DNA of 64,000 nucleotides. Source: Gordius albopunctatus. Its lineage: Eukaryota. The stretch covers positions 7,192,001-7,256,000 of the forward strand of contig OZ193910.1 of assembly GCA_964276515.1 (NCBI GenBank), written 5' to 3'. Both the position numbers and the translations under genes were made by a program. The notes below the pieces were generated by a model. That model was not told the origin of the DNA, did not search any database, and worked only from the letters and a program-made list of their open reading frames with translations. Position 1 is the stretch's first letter; every line of letters begins with the position of its first letter. This document shows, piece after piece, positions 1 through 14,500 of the stretch.

Positions 1-344
1 TAGAGAACTATTACTTTGAAATCATCCTCGCATAGAGCATGTTTCAAAAATTAAGCACTCACGTTGCGATACAACAAACTAATCGCAACAATATAACGTT
101 GACTTTTCTCAAAATGATTGTTCTCGCAACTTTAAACTTCTTATAAGGAGTCGATCGAGAATAATAGGATTCTCAAATTAGCTTATTTTTATATATTTTA
201 TCAAGCTCTTTTATATAAAATAATAAAAAATATATTATTTAGCTCCGAATAACTCACAATTTTTTCCATTCAACCATATTCATCCAATGAAAGTTTTATT
301 TTCCGACCTGATTTCCATGATAAAAAGTTAAAATTTATCAGAAT
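1..344. repeat. Representative satellite monomer (344 bp, ~28% GC, A/T-tract rich)
   Basis: Phase chosen arbitrarily at the window start. Hand count gives 59 C and 36 G in 344 nt. Confidence 0.97.
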
Positions 345-359
345 TAGAGAACTATTATT

Positions 360-3300
360 TGAAATCATCATCGCATAGAGCATGTTTCAAAAATTAAGCA
401 ATCACTTTGCGATACAACAAACTAATCGCAACAATATAACGTTGTCTTTTCTCAAAATGATAGTTCTCGCAGCTTGAAACTTCTTATATGGAGTCGATCA
501 AGAAAAATAGGATTCTCAAATTAGCTTACTTTTATATATTTTTTCAAGCTCTTTTACATAAAATAACAAAAAATATATTTTTTCAGGTTAAAAAAATTCA
601 CAATTTTTTCCTTTCAAACATATTCATCCGATGAAAGTTGTTATTTTCAGACGTGATTTCCATGATAAAAAGTTAAAATTTATCAGAATTAGAGAACTAT
701 TACTTTGAAATCATCATCGCATAGAGAATGTTTCAAAAATTAAGCACTCACCTTGCGATACAACAAACTAATCGCAACAATATAACGTTGACTTTTCTCA
801 AAATGATTGTTCTCGCAACTTTAAACTTCTTATAAGGAGTCGATCGAGAATAATAGGATTCTCAAATTAGCTTATTTTTATATATTTTATCAAGCTCTTT
901 TATATAAAATAATAAAAAATATATTATTTAGCTCCGAATAACTCACAATTTTTTCCATTCAACCATATTCATCCAATGAAAGTTTTATTTTCCGACCTGA
1001 TTTCCATGATAAAAAGTTAAAATTTATCAGAATTAGAGAACTATTATTTGAAATCATCATCGCATAGAGCATGTTTCAAAAATTAAGCAATCACTTTGCG
1101 ATACAACAAACTAATCGCAACAATATAACGTTGTCTTTTCTCAAAATGATAGTTCTCGCAGCTTGAAACTTCTTATATGGAGTCGATCAAGAAAAATAGG
1201 ATTCTCAAATTAGCTTACTTTTATATATTTTTTCAAGCTCTTTTACATAAAATAACAAAAAATATATTTTTTCAGGTTAAAAAAATTCACAATTTTTTCC
1301 TTTCAAACATATTCATCCGATGAAAGTTGTTATTTTCAGACGTGATTTCCATGATAAAAAGTTAAAATTTATCAGAATTAGAGAACTATTACTTTGAAAT
1401 CATCATCGCATAGAGAATGTTTCAAAAATTAAGCACTCACCTTGCGATACAACAAACTAATCGCAACAATATAACGTTGACTTTTCTCAAAATGATTGTT
1501 CTCGCAACTTTAAACTTCTTATAAGGAGTCGATCGAGAATAATAGGATTCTCAAATTAGCTTATTTTTATATATTTTTTCAAGCTCTTTTACATAAAATA
1601 ACAAAAATTATATTTTTTTAGCTCCGAATAATTCACAATTTTTTCCTTTCAAATCATATTCATCCGATGAAGGTTGTTATTTTCAGACGTGATTTCCATG
1701 ATAAAAAGTTAAAATTTATCAGAATTAGAGAACTATTACTTTGAAATCATCATCGCATAGAGAATGTTTCAAAAATTAAGCACTCACCTTGCGATACAAC
1801 AAACTAATCGCAACAATATAACGTTGACTTTTCTCAAAATGATTGTTCTCGCAACTTTAAACTTCTTATAAGGAGTCGATCGAGAATAATAGGATTCTCA
1901 AATTAGCTTATTTTTATATATTTTATCAAGCTCTTTTATATAAAATAATAAAAAATATATTATTTAGCTCCGAATAACTCACAATTTTTTCCATTCAACC
2001 ATATTCATCCAATGAAAGTTTTATTTTCCGACCTGATTTCCATGATAAAAAGTTAAAATTTATCAGAATTAGAGAACTATTACTTTGAAATCATCATCGC
2101 ATAGAGCATTTTTCAAAAATTAAGGACTCACGTTGCGATACAACAAACTAATCACAACAATATAACGTTGTCTTTTCTCAAAATGATTGTTCTCGCAGCT
2201 TAAAACTTCTAATAAGGAGTCGATCGAGAATAATAGGATTCTCAAATGAGCTTACTTTTATATATTTTATCAAGCTCTTTTACATAAAATAACAAAAATT
2301 ATATTTTTTTAGCTCCGAATAATTCACAATTTTTTCCTTTCAAATCATATTCATCCGATGAAAGTTGTTATTTTCAGACGTGATTTCCATGATAAAAAGT
2401 TAAAATTTATCAGAATTAGAGAACTATTACTTTGAAATCATCATCGCATAGAGCATTTTTCAAAAATTAAGGACTCACGTTGCGATACAACAAACTAATC
2501 ACAACAATATAACGTTGTCTTTTCTCAAAATGATTGTTCTCGCAGCTTAAAACTTCTAATAAGGAGTCGATCGAGAATAATAGGATTCTCAAATGAGCTT
2601 ACTTTTATATATTTTATCAAGCTCTTTTACATAAAATAACAAAAATTATATTTTTTTAGCTCCGAATAATTCACAATTTTTTCCTTTCAAATCATATTCA
2701 TCCGATGAAAGTTGTTATTTTCAGACGTGATTTCCATGATAAAAAGTTAAAATTTATCAGAATTAGAGAACTATTACTTTGAAATCATCATCGCATAGAG
2801 CATTTTTCAAAAATTAAGGACTCACGTTGCGATACAACAAACTAATCACAACAATATAACGTTGTCTTTTCTCAAAATGATTGTTCTCGCAGCTTAAAAC
2901 TTCTAATAAGGAGTCGATCGAGAATAATAGGATTCTCAAATGAGCTTACTTTTATATATTTTATCAAGCTCTTTTACATAAAATAACAAAAATTATATTT
3001 TTTTAGCTCCGAATAATTCACAATTTTTTCCTTTCAAATCATATTCATCCGATGAAAGTTGTTATTTTCAGACGTGATTTCCATGATAAAAAGTTAAAAT
3101 TTATCAGAATTAGAGAACTATTACTTTGAAATCATCATCGCATAGAGCATGTTTCAAAAATTAAGCAATCACTTTGCGATACAACAAACTAATCGCAACA
3201 ATATAACGTTGTCTTTTCTCAAAATGATAGTTCTCGCAGCTTGAAACTTCTTATATGGAGTCGATCAAGAAAAATAGGATTCTCAAATTAGCTTACTTTT

Positions 3301-5550
3301 ATATATTTTTTCAAGCTCTTTTACATAAAATAACAAAAAATATATTTTTTCAGGTTAAAAAAATTCACAATTTTTTCCTTTCAAACATATTCATCCGATG
3401 AAAGTTGTTATTTTCAGACGTGATTTCCATGATAAAAAGTTAAAATTTATCAGAATTAGAGAACTATTACTTTGAAATCATCATCGCATAGAGAATGTTT
3501 CAAAAATTAAGCACTCACCTTGCGATACAACAAACTAATCGCAACAATATAACGTTGACTTTTCTCAAAATGATTGTTCTCGCAACTTTAAACTTCTTAT
3601 AAGGAGTCGATCGAGAATAATAGGATTCTCAAATTAGCTTATTTTTATATATTTTATCAAGCTCTTTTATATAAAATAATAAAAAATATATTATTTAGCT
3701 CCGAATAACTCACAATTTTTTCCATTCAACCATATTCATCCAATGAAAGTTTTATTTTCCGACCTGATTTCCATGATAAAAAGTTAAAATTTATCAGAAT
3801 TAGAGAACTATTATTTGAAATCATCATCGCATAGAGCATGTTTCAAAAATTAAGCAATCACTTTGCGATACAACAAACTAATCGCAACAATATAACGTTG
3901 TCTTTTCTCAAAATGATAGTTCTCGCAGCTTGAAACTTCTTATATGGAGTCGATCAAGAAAAATAGGATTCTCAAATTAGCTTACTTTTATATATTTTTT
4001 CAAGCTCTTTTACATAAAATAACAAAAAATATATTTTTTCAGGTTAAAAAAATTCACAATTTTTTCCTTTCAAACATATTCATCCGATGAAAGTTGTTAT
4101 TTTCAGACGTGATTTCCATGATAAAAAGTTAAAATTTATCAGAATTAGAGAACTATTACTTTGAAATCATCATCGCATAGAGAATGTTTCAAAAATTAAG
4201 CACTCACCTTGCGATACAACAAACTAATCGCAACAATATAACGTTGACTTTTCTCAAAATGATTGTTCTCGCAACTTTAAACTTCTTATAAGGAGTCGAT
4301 CGAGAATAATAGGATTCTCAAATTAGCTTATTTTTATATATTTTTTCAAGCTCTTTTACATAAAATAACAAAAATTATATTTTTTTAGCTCCGAATAATT
4401 CACAATTTTTTCCTTTCAAATCATATTCATCCGATGAAGGTTGTTATTTTCAGACGTGATTTCCATGATAAAAAGTTAAAATTTATCAGAATTAGAGAAC
4501 TATTACTTTGAAATCATCATCGCATAGAGAATGTTTCAAAAATTAAGCACTCACCTTGCGATACAACAAACTAATCGCAACAATATAACGTTGACTTTTC
4601 TCAAAATGATTGTTCTCGCAACTTTAAACTTCTTATAAGGAGTCGATCGAGAATAATAGGATTCTCAAATTAGCTTATTTTTATATATTTTATCAAGCTC
4701 TTTTATATAAAATAATAAAAAATATATTATTTAGCTCCGAATAACTCACAATTTTTTCCATTCAACCATATTCATCCAATGAAAGTTTTATTTTCCGACC
4801 TGATTTCCATGATAAAAAGTTAAAATTTATCAGAATTAGAGAACTATTACTTTGAAATCATCATCGCATAGAGCATTTTTCAAAAATTAAGGACTCACGT
4901 TGCGATACAACAAACTAATCACAACAATATAACGTTGTCTTTTCTCAAAATGATTGTTCTCGCAGCTTAAAACTTCTAATAAGGAGTCGATCGAGAATAA
5001 TAGGATTCTCAAATGAGCTTACTTTTATATATTTTATCAAGCTCTTTTACATAAAATAACAAAAATTATATTTTTTTAGCTCCGAATAATTCACAATTTT
5101 TTCCTTTCAAATCATATTCATCCGATGAAAGTTGTTATTTTCAGACGTGATTTCCATGATAAAAAGTTAAAATTTATCAGAATTAGAGAACTATTACTTT
5201 GAAATCATCATCGCATAGAGCATTTTTCAAAAATTAAGGACTCACGTTGCGATACAACAAACTAATCACAACAATATAACGTTGTCTTTTCTCAAAATGA
5301 TTGTTCTCGCAGCTTAAAACTTCTAATAAGGAGTCGATCGAGAATAATAGGATTCTCAAATGAGCTTACTTTTATATATTTTATCAAGCTCTTTTACATA
5401 AAATAACAAAAATTATATTTTTTTAGCTCCGAATAATTCACAATTTTTTCCTTTCAAATCATATTCATCCGATGAAAGTTGTTATTTTCAGACGTGATTT
5501 CCATGATAAAAAGTTAAAATTTATCAGAATTAGAGAACTATTACTTTGAA
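360..5550. repeat. 8-monomer higher-order repeat (2767 bp unit), just under 2 copies
   Basis: The monomer type order repeats at offset 2767 (690/3457, 1034/3801, 2070/4837). Confidence 0.85.
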
Positions 5551-8500
5551 ATCATCATCGCATAGAGAATGTTTCAAAAATTAAGCACTCACCTTGCGAT
5601 ACAACAAACTAATCGCAACAATATAACGTTGACTTTTCTCAAAATGATTGTTCTCGCAACTTTAAACTTCTTATAAGGAGTCGATCGAGAATAATAGGAT
5701 TCTCAAATTAGCTTATTTTTATATATTTTATCAAGCTCTTTTATATAAAATAATAAAAAATATATTATTTAGCTCCGAATAACTCACAATTTTTTCCATT
5801 CAACCATATTCATCCAATGAAAGTTTTATTTTCCGACCTGATTTCCATGATAAAAAGTTAAAATTTATCAGAATTAGAGAACTATTACTTTGAAATCATC
5901 CTCGCATAGAGCATGTTTCAAAAATTAAGCACTCACGTTGCGATACAACAAACTAATCGCAACAATATAACGTTGACTTTTCTCAAAATGATTGTTCTCG
6001 CAACTTTAAACTTCTTATAAGGAGTCGATCGAGAATAATAGGATTCTCAAATGAGCTTACTTTTATATATTTTATCAAGCTCTTTTACATAAAATAACAA
6101 AAATTATATTTTTTTAGCTCCGAATAATTCACAATTTTTTCCTTTCAAATCATATTCATCCGATGAAAGTTGTTATTTTCAGACGTGATTTCCATGATAA
6201 AAAGTTAAAATTTATCAGAATTAGAGAACTATTACTTTGAAATCATCATCGCATAGAGAATGTTTCAAAAATTAAGCACTCACCTTGCGATACAACAAAC
6301 TAATCGCAACAATATAACGTTGACTTTTCTCAAAATGATTGTTCTCGCAACTTTAAACTTCTTATAAGGAGTCGATCGAGAATAATAGGATTCTCAAATT
6401 AGCTTATTTTTATATATTTTTTCAAGCTCTTTTACATAAAATAACAAAAATTATATTTTTTTAGCTCCGAATAATTCACAATTTTTTCCTTTCAAATCAT
6501 ATTCATCCGATGAAGGTTGTTATTTTCAGACGTGATTTCCATGATAAAAAGTTAAAATTTATCAGAATTAGAGAACTATTACTTTGAAATCATCATCGCA
6601 TAGAGAATGTTTCAAAAATTAAGCACTCACCTTGCGATACAACAAACTAATCGCAACAATATAACGTTGACTTTTCTCAAAATGATTGTTCTCGCAACTT
6701 TAAACTTCTTATAAGGAGTCGATCGAGAATAATAGGATTCTCAAATGAGCTTACTTTTATATATTTTATCAAGCTCTTTTACATAAAATAACAAAAATTA
6801 TATTTTTTTAGCTCCGAATAATTCACAATTTTTTCCTTTCAAATCATATTCATCCGATGAAAGTTGTTATTTTCAGACGTGATTTCCATGATAAAAAGTT
6901 AAAATTTATCAGAATTAGAGAACTATTACTTTGAAATCATCATCGCATAGAGAATGTTTCAAAAATTAAGCACTCACCTTGCGATACAACAAACTAATCG
7001 CAACAATATAACGTTGACTTTTCTCAAAATGATTGTTCTCGCAACTTTAAACTTCTTATAAGGAGTCGATCGAGAATAATAGGATTCTCAAATTAGCTTA
7101 TTTTTATATATTTTATCAAGCTCTTTTATATAAAATAATAAAAAATATATTATTTAGCTCCGTATAACTCACAATTTTTTCCATTCAACCATATTCATCC
7201 AATGAAAGTTTTATTTTCAGACGTGATTTCCATGATAAAAAGTTAAAATTTATCAGAATTAGAGAACTATTACTTTGAAATCATCCTCGCATAGAGCATG
7301 TTTCAAAAATTAAGCACTCACGTTGCGATACAACAAACTAATCGCAACAATATAACGTTGACTTTTCTCAAAATGATTGTTCTCGCAACTTTAAACTTCT
7401 TATAAGGAGTCGATCGAGAATAATAGGATTCTCAAATGAGCTTACTTTTAAATATTTTTTCAAGCTCTTTTACATAAAATAACAAAAATTATATTTTTTT
7501 AGCTCCGAATAATTCACAATTTTTTCCTTTCAAATCATATTCATCCGATGAAGGTTGTTATTTTCAGACGTGATTTCCATGATAAAAAGTTAAAATTTAT
7601 CAGAATTAGAGAACTATTACTTTGAAATCATCATCGCATAGAGAATGTTTCAAAAATTAAGCACTCACCTTGCGATACAACAAACTAATCGCAACAATAT
7701 AACGTTGACTTTTCTCAAAATGATTGTTCTCGCAACTTTAAACTTCTTATAAGGAGTCGATCGAGAATAATAGGATTCTCAAATTAGCTTATTTTTATAT
7801 ATTTTATCAAGCTCTTTTATATAAAATAATAAAAAATATATTATTTAGCTCCGAATAACTCACAATTTTTTCCATTCAACCATATTCATCCAATGAAAGT
7901 TTTATTTTCCGACCTGATTTCCATGATAAAAAGTTAAAATTTATCAGAATTAGAGAACTATTACTTTGAAATCATCCTCGCATAGAGCATGTTTCAAAAA
8001 TTAAGCACTCACGTTGCGATACAACAAACTAATCGCAACAATATAACGTTGACTTTTCTCAAAATGATTGTTCTCGCAACTTTAAACTTCTTATAAGGAG
8101 TCGATCGAGAATAATAGGATTCTCAAATGAGCTTACTTTTAAATATTTTTTCAAGCTCTTTTACATAAAATAACAAAAATTATATTTTTTTAGCTCCGAA
8201 TAATTCACAATTTTTTCCTTTCAAATCATATTCATCCGATGAAAGTTGTTATTTTCAGACGTGATTTCCATGATAAAAAGTTAAAATTTATCAGAATTAG
8301 AGAACTATTACTTTGAAATCATCATCGCATAGAGCATTTTTCAAAAATTAAGGACTCACGTTGCGATACAACAAACTAATCACAACAATATAACGTTGTC
8401 TTTTCTCAAAATGATTGTTCTCGCAGCTTAAAACTTCTAATAAGGAGTCGATCGAGAATAATAGGATTCTCAAATGAGCTTACTTTTATATATTTTATCA

Positions 8501-11500
8501 AGCTCTTTTACATAAAATAATAAAAAATATATTATTTAGCTCCGAATAACTCACAATTTTTTCCTTTCAAATCATATTCATCCGATGAAAGTTGTTATTT
8601 TCAGACGTGATTTCCATGATAAAAAGTTAAAATTTATCAGAATTAGAGAACTATTACTTTGAAATCATCATCGCATAGAGAATGTTTCAAAAATTAAGCA
8701 CTCACCTTGCGATACAACAAACTAATCGCAACAATATAACGTTGACTTTTCTCAAAATGATTGTTCTCGCAACTTTAAACTTCTTATAAGGAGTCGATCG
8801 AGAATAATAGGATTCTCAAATGAGCTTACTTTTATATATTTTATCAAGCTCTTTTACATAAAATAACAAAAATTATATTTTTTTAGCTCCGAATAATTCA
8901 CAATTTTTTCCTTTCAAATCATATTCATCCGATGAAAGTTGTTATTTTCAGACGTGATTTCCATGATAAAAAGTTAAAATTTATCAGAATTAGAGAACTA
9001 TTACTTTGAAATCATCATCGCATAGAGAATGTTTCAAAAATTAAGCACTCACCTTGCGATACAACAAACTAATCGCAACAATATAACGTTGACTTTTCTC
9101 AAAATGATTGTTCTCGCAACTTTAAACTTCTTATAAGGAGTCGATCGAGAATAATAGGATTCTCAAATTAGCTTATTTTTATATATTTTTTCAAGCTCTT
9201 TTACATAAAATAACAAAAATTATATTTTTTTAGCTCCGAATAATTCACAATTTTTTCCTTTCAAATCATATTCATCCGATGAAGGTTGTTATTTTCAGAC
9301 GTGATTTCCATGATAAAAAGTTAAAATTTATCAGAATTAGAGAACTATTACTTTGAAATCATCATCGCATAGAGAATGTTTCAAAAATTAAGCACTCACC
9401 TTGCGATACAACAAACTAATCGCAACAATATAACGTTGACTTTTCTCAAAATGATTGTTCTCGCAACTTTAAACTTCTTATAAGGAGTCGATCGAGAATA
9501 ATAGGATTCTCAAATGAGCTTACTTTTATATATTTTATCAAGCTCTTTTACATAAACCAACAAAAATTATATTTTTTTAGCTCCGAATAATTCACAATTT
9601 TTTCCTTTCAAATCATATTCATCCGATGAAAGTTGTTATTTTCAGACGTGATTTCCATGATAAAAAGTTAAAATTTATCAGAATTAGAGAACTATTACTT
9701 TGAAATCATCATCGCATAGAGAATGTTTCAAAAATTAAGCACTCACCTTGCGATACAACAAACTAATCGCAACAATATAACGTTGACTTTTCTCAAAATG
9801 ATTGTTCTCGCAACTTTAAACTTCTTATAAGGAGTCGATCGAGAATAATAGGATTCTCAAATGAGCTTACTTTTAAATATTTTATCAAGCTCTTTTATAT
9901 AAAATAATAAAAAATATATTATTTAGCTCCGTATAACTCACAATTTTTTCCATTCAACCATATTCATCCAATGAAAGTTTTATTTTCAGACGTGATTTCC
10001 ATGATAAAAAGTTAAAATTTATCAGAATTAGAGAACTATTACTTTGAAATCATCCTCGCATAGAGAATGTTTCAAAAATTAAGCACTCACCTTGCGATAC
10101 AACAAACTAATCGCAACAATATAACGTTGACTTTTCTCAAAATGATTGTTCTCGCAACTTTAAACTTCTTATAAGGAGTCGATCGAGAATAATAGGATTC
10201 TCAAATTAGCTTATTTTTATATATTTTATCAAGCTCTTTTATATAAAATAATAAAAAATATATTATTTAGCTCCGAATAACTCACAATTTTTTCCATTCA
10301 ACCATATTCATCCAATGAAAGTTTTATTTTCCGACCTGATTTCCATGATAAAAAGTTAAAATTTATCAGAATTAGAGAACTATTACTTTGAAATCATCCT
10401 CGCATAGAGCATGTTTCAAAAATTAAGCACTCACGTTGCGATACAACAAACTAATCGCAACAATATAACGTTGACTTTTCTCAAAATGATTGTTCTCGCA
10501 ACTTTAAACTTCTTATAAGGAGTCGATCGAGAATAATAGGATTCTCAAATGAGCTTACTTTTAAATATTTTATCAAGCTCTTTTATATAAAATAATAAAA
10601 AATATATTATTTAGCTCCGTATAACTCACAATTTTTTCCATTCAACCAAATTCATCCAATGAAAGTTTTATTTTCAGACGTGATTTCCATGATAAAAAGT
10701 TAAAATTTATCAGAATTAGAGAACTATTACTTTGAAATCATCCTCGCATAGAGCATGTTTCAAAAATTAAGCACTCACGTTGCGATACAACAAACTAATC
10801 GCAACAATATAACGTTGACTTTTCTCAAAATGATTGTTCTCGCAACTTTAAACTTCTTATAAGGAGTCGATCGAGAATAATAGGATTCTCAAATGAGCTT
10901 ACTTTTAAATATTTTTTCAAGCTCTTTTACATAAAATAACAAAAATTATATTTTTTTAGCTCCGAATAATTCACAATTTTTTCCTTTCAAATCATATTCA
11001 TCCGATGAAGGTTGTTATTTTCAGACGTGATTTCCATGATAAAAAGTTAAAATTTATCAGAATTAGAGAACTATTACTTTGAAATCATCATCGCATAGAG
11101 AATGTTTCAAAAATTAAGCACTCACCTTGCGATACAACAAACTAATCGCAACAATATAACGTTGACTTTTCTCAAAATGATTGTTCTCGCAACTTTAAAC
11201 TTCTTATAAGGAGTCGATCGAGAATAATAGGATTCTCAAATTAGCTTATTTTTATATATTTTATCAAGCTCTTTTATATAAAATAATAAAAAATATATTA
11301 TTTAGCTCCGAATAACTCACAATTTTTTCCATTCAACCATATTCATCCAATGAAAGTTTTATTTTCCGACCTGATTTCCATGATAAAAAGTTAAAATTTA
11401 TCAGAATTAGAGAACTATTACTTTGAAATCATCCTCGCATAGAGCATGTTTCAAAAATTAAGCACTCACGTTGCGATACAACAAACTAATCGCAACAATA

Positions 11501-14500
11501 TAACGTTGACTTTTCTCAAAATGATTGTTCTCGCAACTTTAAACTTCTTATAAGGAGTCGATCGAGAATAATAGGATTCTCAAATTAGCTTATTTTTATA
11601 TATTTTATCAAGCTCTTTTATATAAAATAATAAAAAATATATTATTTAGCTCCGAATAACTCACAATTTTTTCCATTCAACCATATTCATCCAATGAAAG
11701 TTTTATTTTCCGACCTGATTTCCATGATAAAAAGTTAAAATTTATCAGAATTAGAGAACTATTACTTTGAAATCATCCTCGCATAGAGCATGTTTCAAAA
11801 ATTAAGCACTCACGTTGCGATACAACAAACTAATCGCAACAATATAACGTTGACTTTTCTCAAAATGATTGTTCTCGCAACTTTAAACTTCTTATAAGGA
11901 GTCGATCGAGAATAATAGGATTCTCAAATGAGCTTACTTTTAAATATTTTATCAAGCTCTTTTATATAAAATAATAAAAAATATATTATTTAGCTCCGTA
12001 TAACTCACAATTTTTTCCATTCAACCATATTCATCCAATGAAAGTTTTATTTTCAGACGTGATTTCCATGATAAAAAGTTAAAATTTATCAGAATTAGAG
12101 AACTATTACTTTGAAATCATCCTCGCATAGAGCATGTTTCAAAAATTAAGCACTCACGTTGCGATACAACAAACTAATCGCAACAATATAACGTTGACTT
12201 TTCTCAAAATGATTGTTCTCGCAACTTTAAACTTCTTATAAGGAGTCGATCGAGAATAATAGGATTCTCAAATGAGCTTACTTTTAAATATTTTTTCAAG
12301 CTCTTTTACATAAAATAACAAAAATTATATTTTTTTAGCTCCGAATAATTCACAATTTTTTCCTTTCAAATCATATTCATCCGATGAAGGTTGTTATTTT
12401 CAGACGTGATTTCCATGATAAAAAGTTAAAATTTATCAGAATTAGAGAACTATTACTTTGAAATCATCATCGCATAGAGAATGTTTCAAAAATTAAGCAC
12501 TCACCTTGCGATACAACAAACTAATCGCAACAATATAACGTTGACTTTTCTCAAAATGATTGTTCTCGCAACTTTAAACTTCTTATAAGGAGTCGATCGA
12601 GAATAATAGGATTCTCAAATTAGCTTATTTTTATATATTTTATCAAGCTCTTTTATATAAAATAATAAAAAATATATTATTTAGCTCCGAATAACTCACA
12701 ATTTTTTCCATTCAACCATATTCATCCAATGAAAGTTTTATTTTCCGACCTGATTTCCATGATAAAAAGTTAAAATTTATCAGAATTAGAGAACTATTAC
12801 TTTGAAATCATCCTCGCATAGAGCATGTTTCAAAAATTAAGCACTCACGTTGCGATACAACAAACTAATCGCAACAATATAACGTTGACTTTTCTCAAAA
12901 TGATTGTTCTCGCAACTTTAAACTTCTTATAAGGAGTCGATCGAGAATAATAGGATTCTCAAATGAGCTTACTTTTAAATATTTTTTCAAGCTCTTTTAC
13001 ATAAAATAACAAAAATTATATTTTTTTAGCTCCGAATAATTCACAATTTTTTCCTTTCAAATCATATTCATCCGATGAAAGTTGTTATTTTCAGACGTGA
13101 TTTCCATGATAAAAAGTTAAAATTTATCAGAATTAGAGAACTATTACTTTGAAATCATCATCGCATAGAGCATTTTTCAAAAATTAAGGACTCACGTTGC
13201 GATACAACAAACTAATCACAACAATATAACGTTGTCTTTTCTCAAAATGATTGTTCTCGCAGCTTAAAACTTCTAATAAGGAGTCGATCGAGAATAATAG
13301 GATTCTCAAATGAGCTTACTTTTATATATTTTATCAAGCTCTTTTACATAAAATAATAAAAAATATATTATTTAGCTCCGAATAACTCACAATTTTTTCC
13401 TTTCAAATCATATTCATCCGATGAAAGTTGTTATTTTCAGACGTGATTTCCATGATAAAAAGTTAAAATTTATCAGAATTAGAGAACTATTACTTTGAAA
13501 TCATCATCGCATAGAGAATGTTTCAAAAATTAAGCACTCACCTTGCGATACAACAAACTAATCGCAACAATATAACGTTGACTTTTCTCAAAATGATTGT
13601 TCTCGCAACTTTAAACTTCTTATAAGGAGTCGATCGAGAATAATAGGATTCTCAAATTAGCTTATTTTTATATATTTTATCAAGCTCTTTTATATAAAAT
13701 AATAAAAAATATATTATTTAGCTCCGTATAACTCACAATTTTTTCCATTCAACCATATTCATCCAATGAAAGTTTTATTTTCAGACGTGATTTCCATGAT
13801 AAAAAGTTAAAATTTATCAGAATTAGAGAACTATTACTTTGAAATCATCCTCGCATAGAGCATGTTTCAAAAATTAAGCACTCACGTTGCGATACAACAA
13901 ACTAATCGCAACAATATAACGTTGACTTTTCTCAAAATGATTGTTCTCGCAACTTTAAACTTCTTATAAGGAGTCGATCGAGAATAATAGGATTCTCAAA
14001 TGAGCTTACTTTTAAATATTTTTTCAAGCTCTTTTACATAAAATAACAAAAATTATATTTTTTTAGCTCCGAATAATTCACAATTTTTTCCTTTCAAATC
14101 ATATTCATCCGATGAAGGTTGTTATTTTCAGACGTGATTTCCATGATAAAAAGTTAAAATTTATCAGAATTAGAGAACTATTACTTTGAAATCATCATCG
14201 CATAGAGAATGTTTCAAAAATTAAGCACTCACCTTGCGATACAACAAACTAATCGCAACAATATAACGTTGACTTTTCTCAAAATGATTGTTCTCGCAAC
14301 TTTAAACTTCTTATAAGGAGTCGATCGAGAATAATAGGATTCTCAAATTAGCTTATTTTTATATATTTTATCAAGCTCTTTTATATAAAATAATAAAAAA
14401 TATATTATTTAGCTCCGAATAACTCACAATTTTTTCCATTCAACCATATTCATCCAATGAAAGTTTTATTTTCCGACCTGATTTCCATGATAAAAAGTTA

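Noticed and set aside
143..151. taaggag as a Shine-Dalgarno site, and AT-rich promoter-like boxes
   Set aside because: No properly spaced start codon or ORF follows. These are chance motifs in a satellite.
1..344. Tandem RNA gene cluster (5S rRNA, tRNA, snRNA, SL RNA)
   Set aside because: No recognisable 5S, tRNA or snRNA sequence, and the GC content is low. An Rfam/Infernal search would be the decisive test.
1..344. Assignment to a named satellite (Drosophila 359-bp 1.688, Tribolium ~350-360 bp satellites, alpha satellite) or a CENP-B box
   Set aside because: Only size and AT content are similar, and I do not recognise the sequence. No CGGG-containing canonical CENP-B box was seen. BLASTN or Repbase/Dfam comparison is needed.
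1..344. Internal ~172 bp dimer structure (two nucleosome-length subunits)
   Set aside because: Only short resemblances are visible (gagaactatta vs gagaataata; tttcaaaaattaagc vs tctcaaattagc), at inconsistent offsets and expected in AT-rich DNA.
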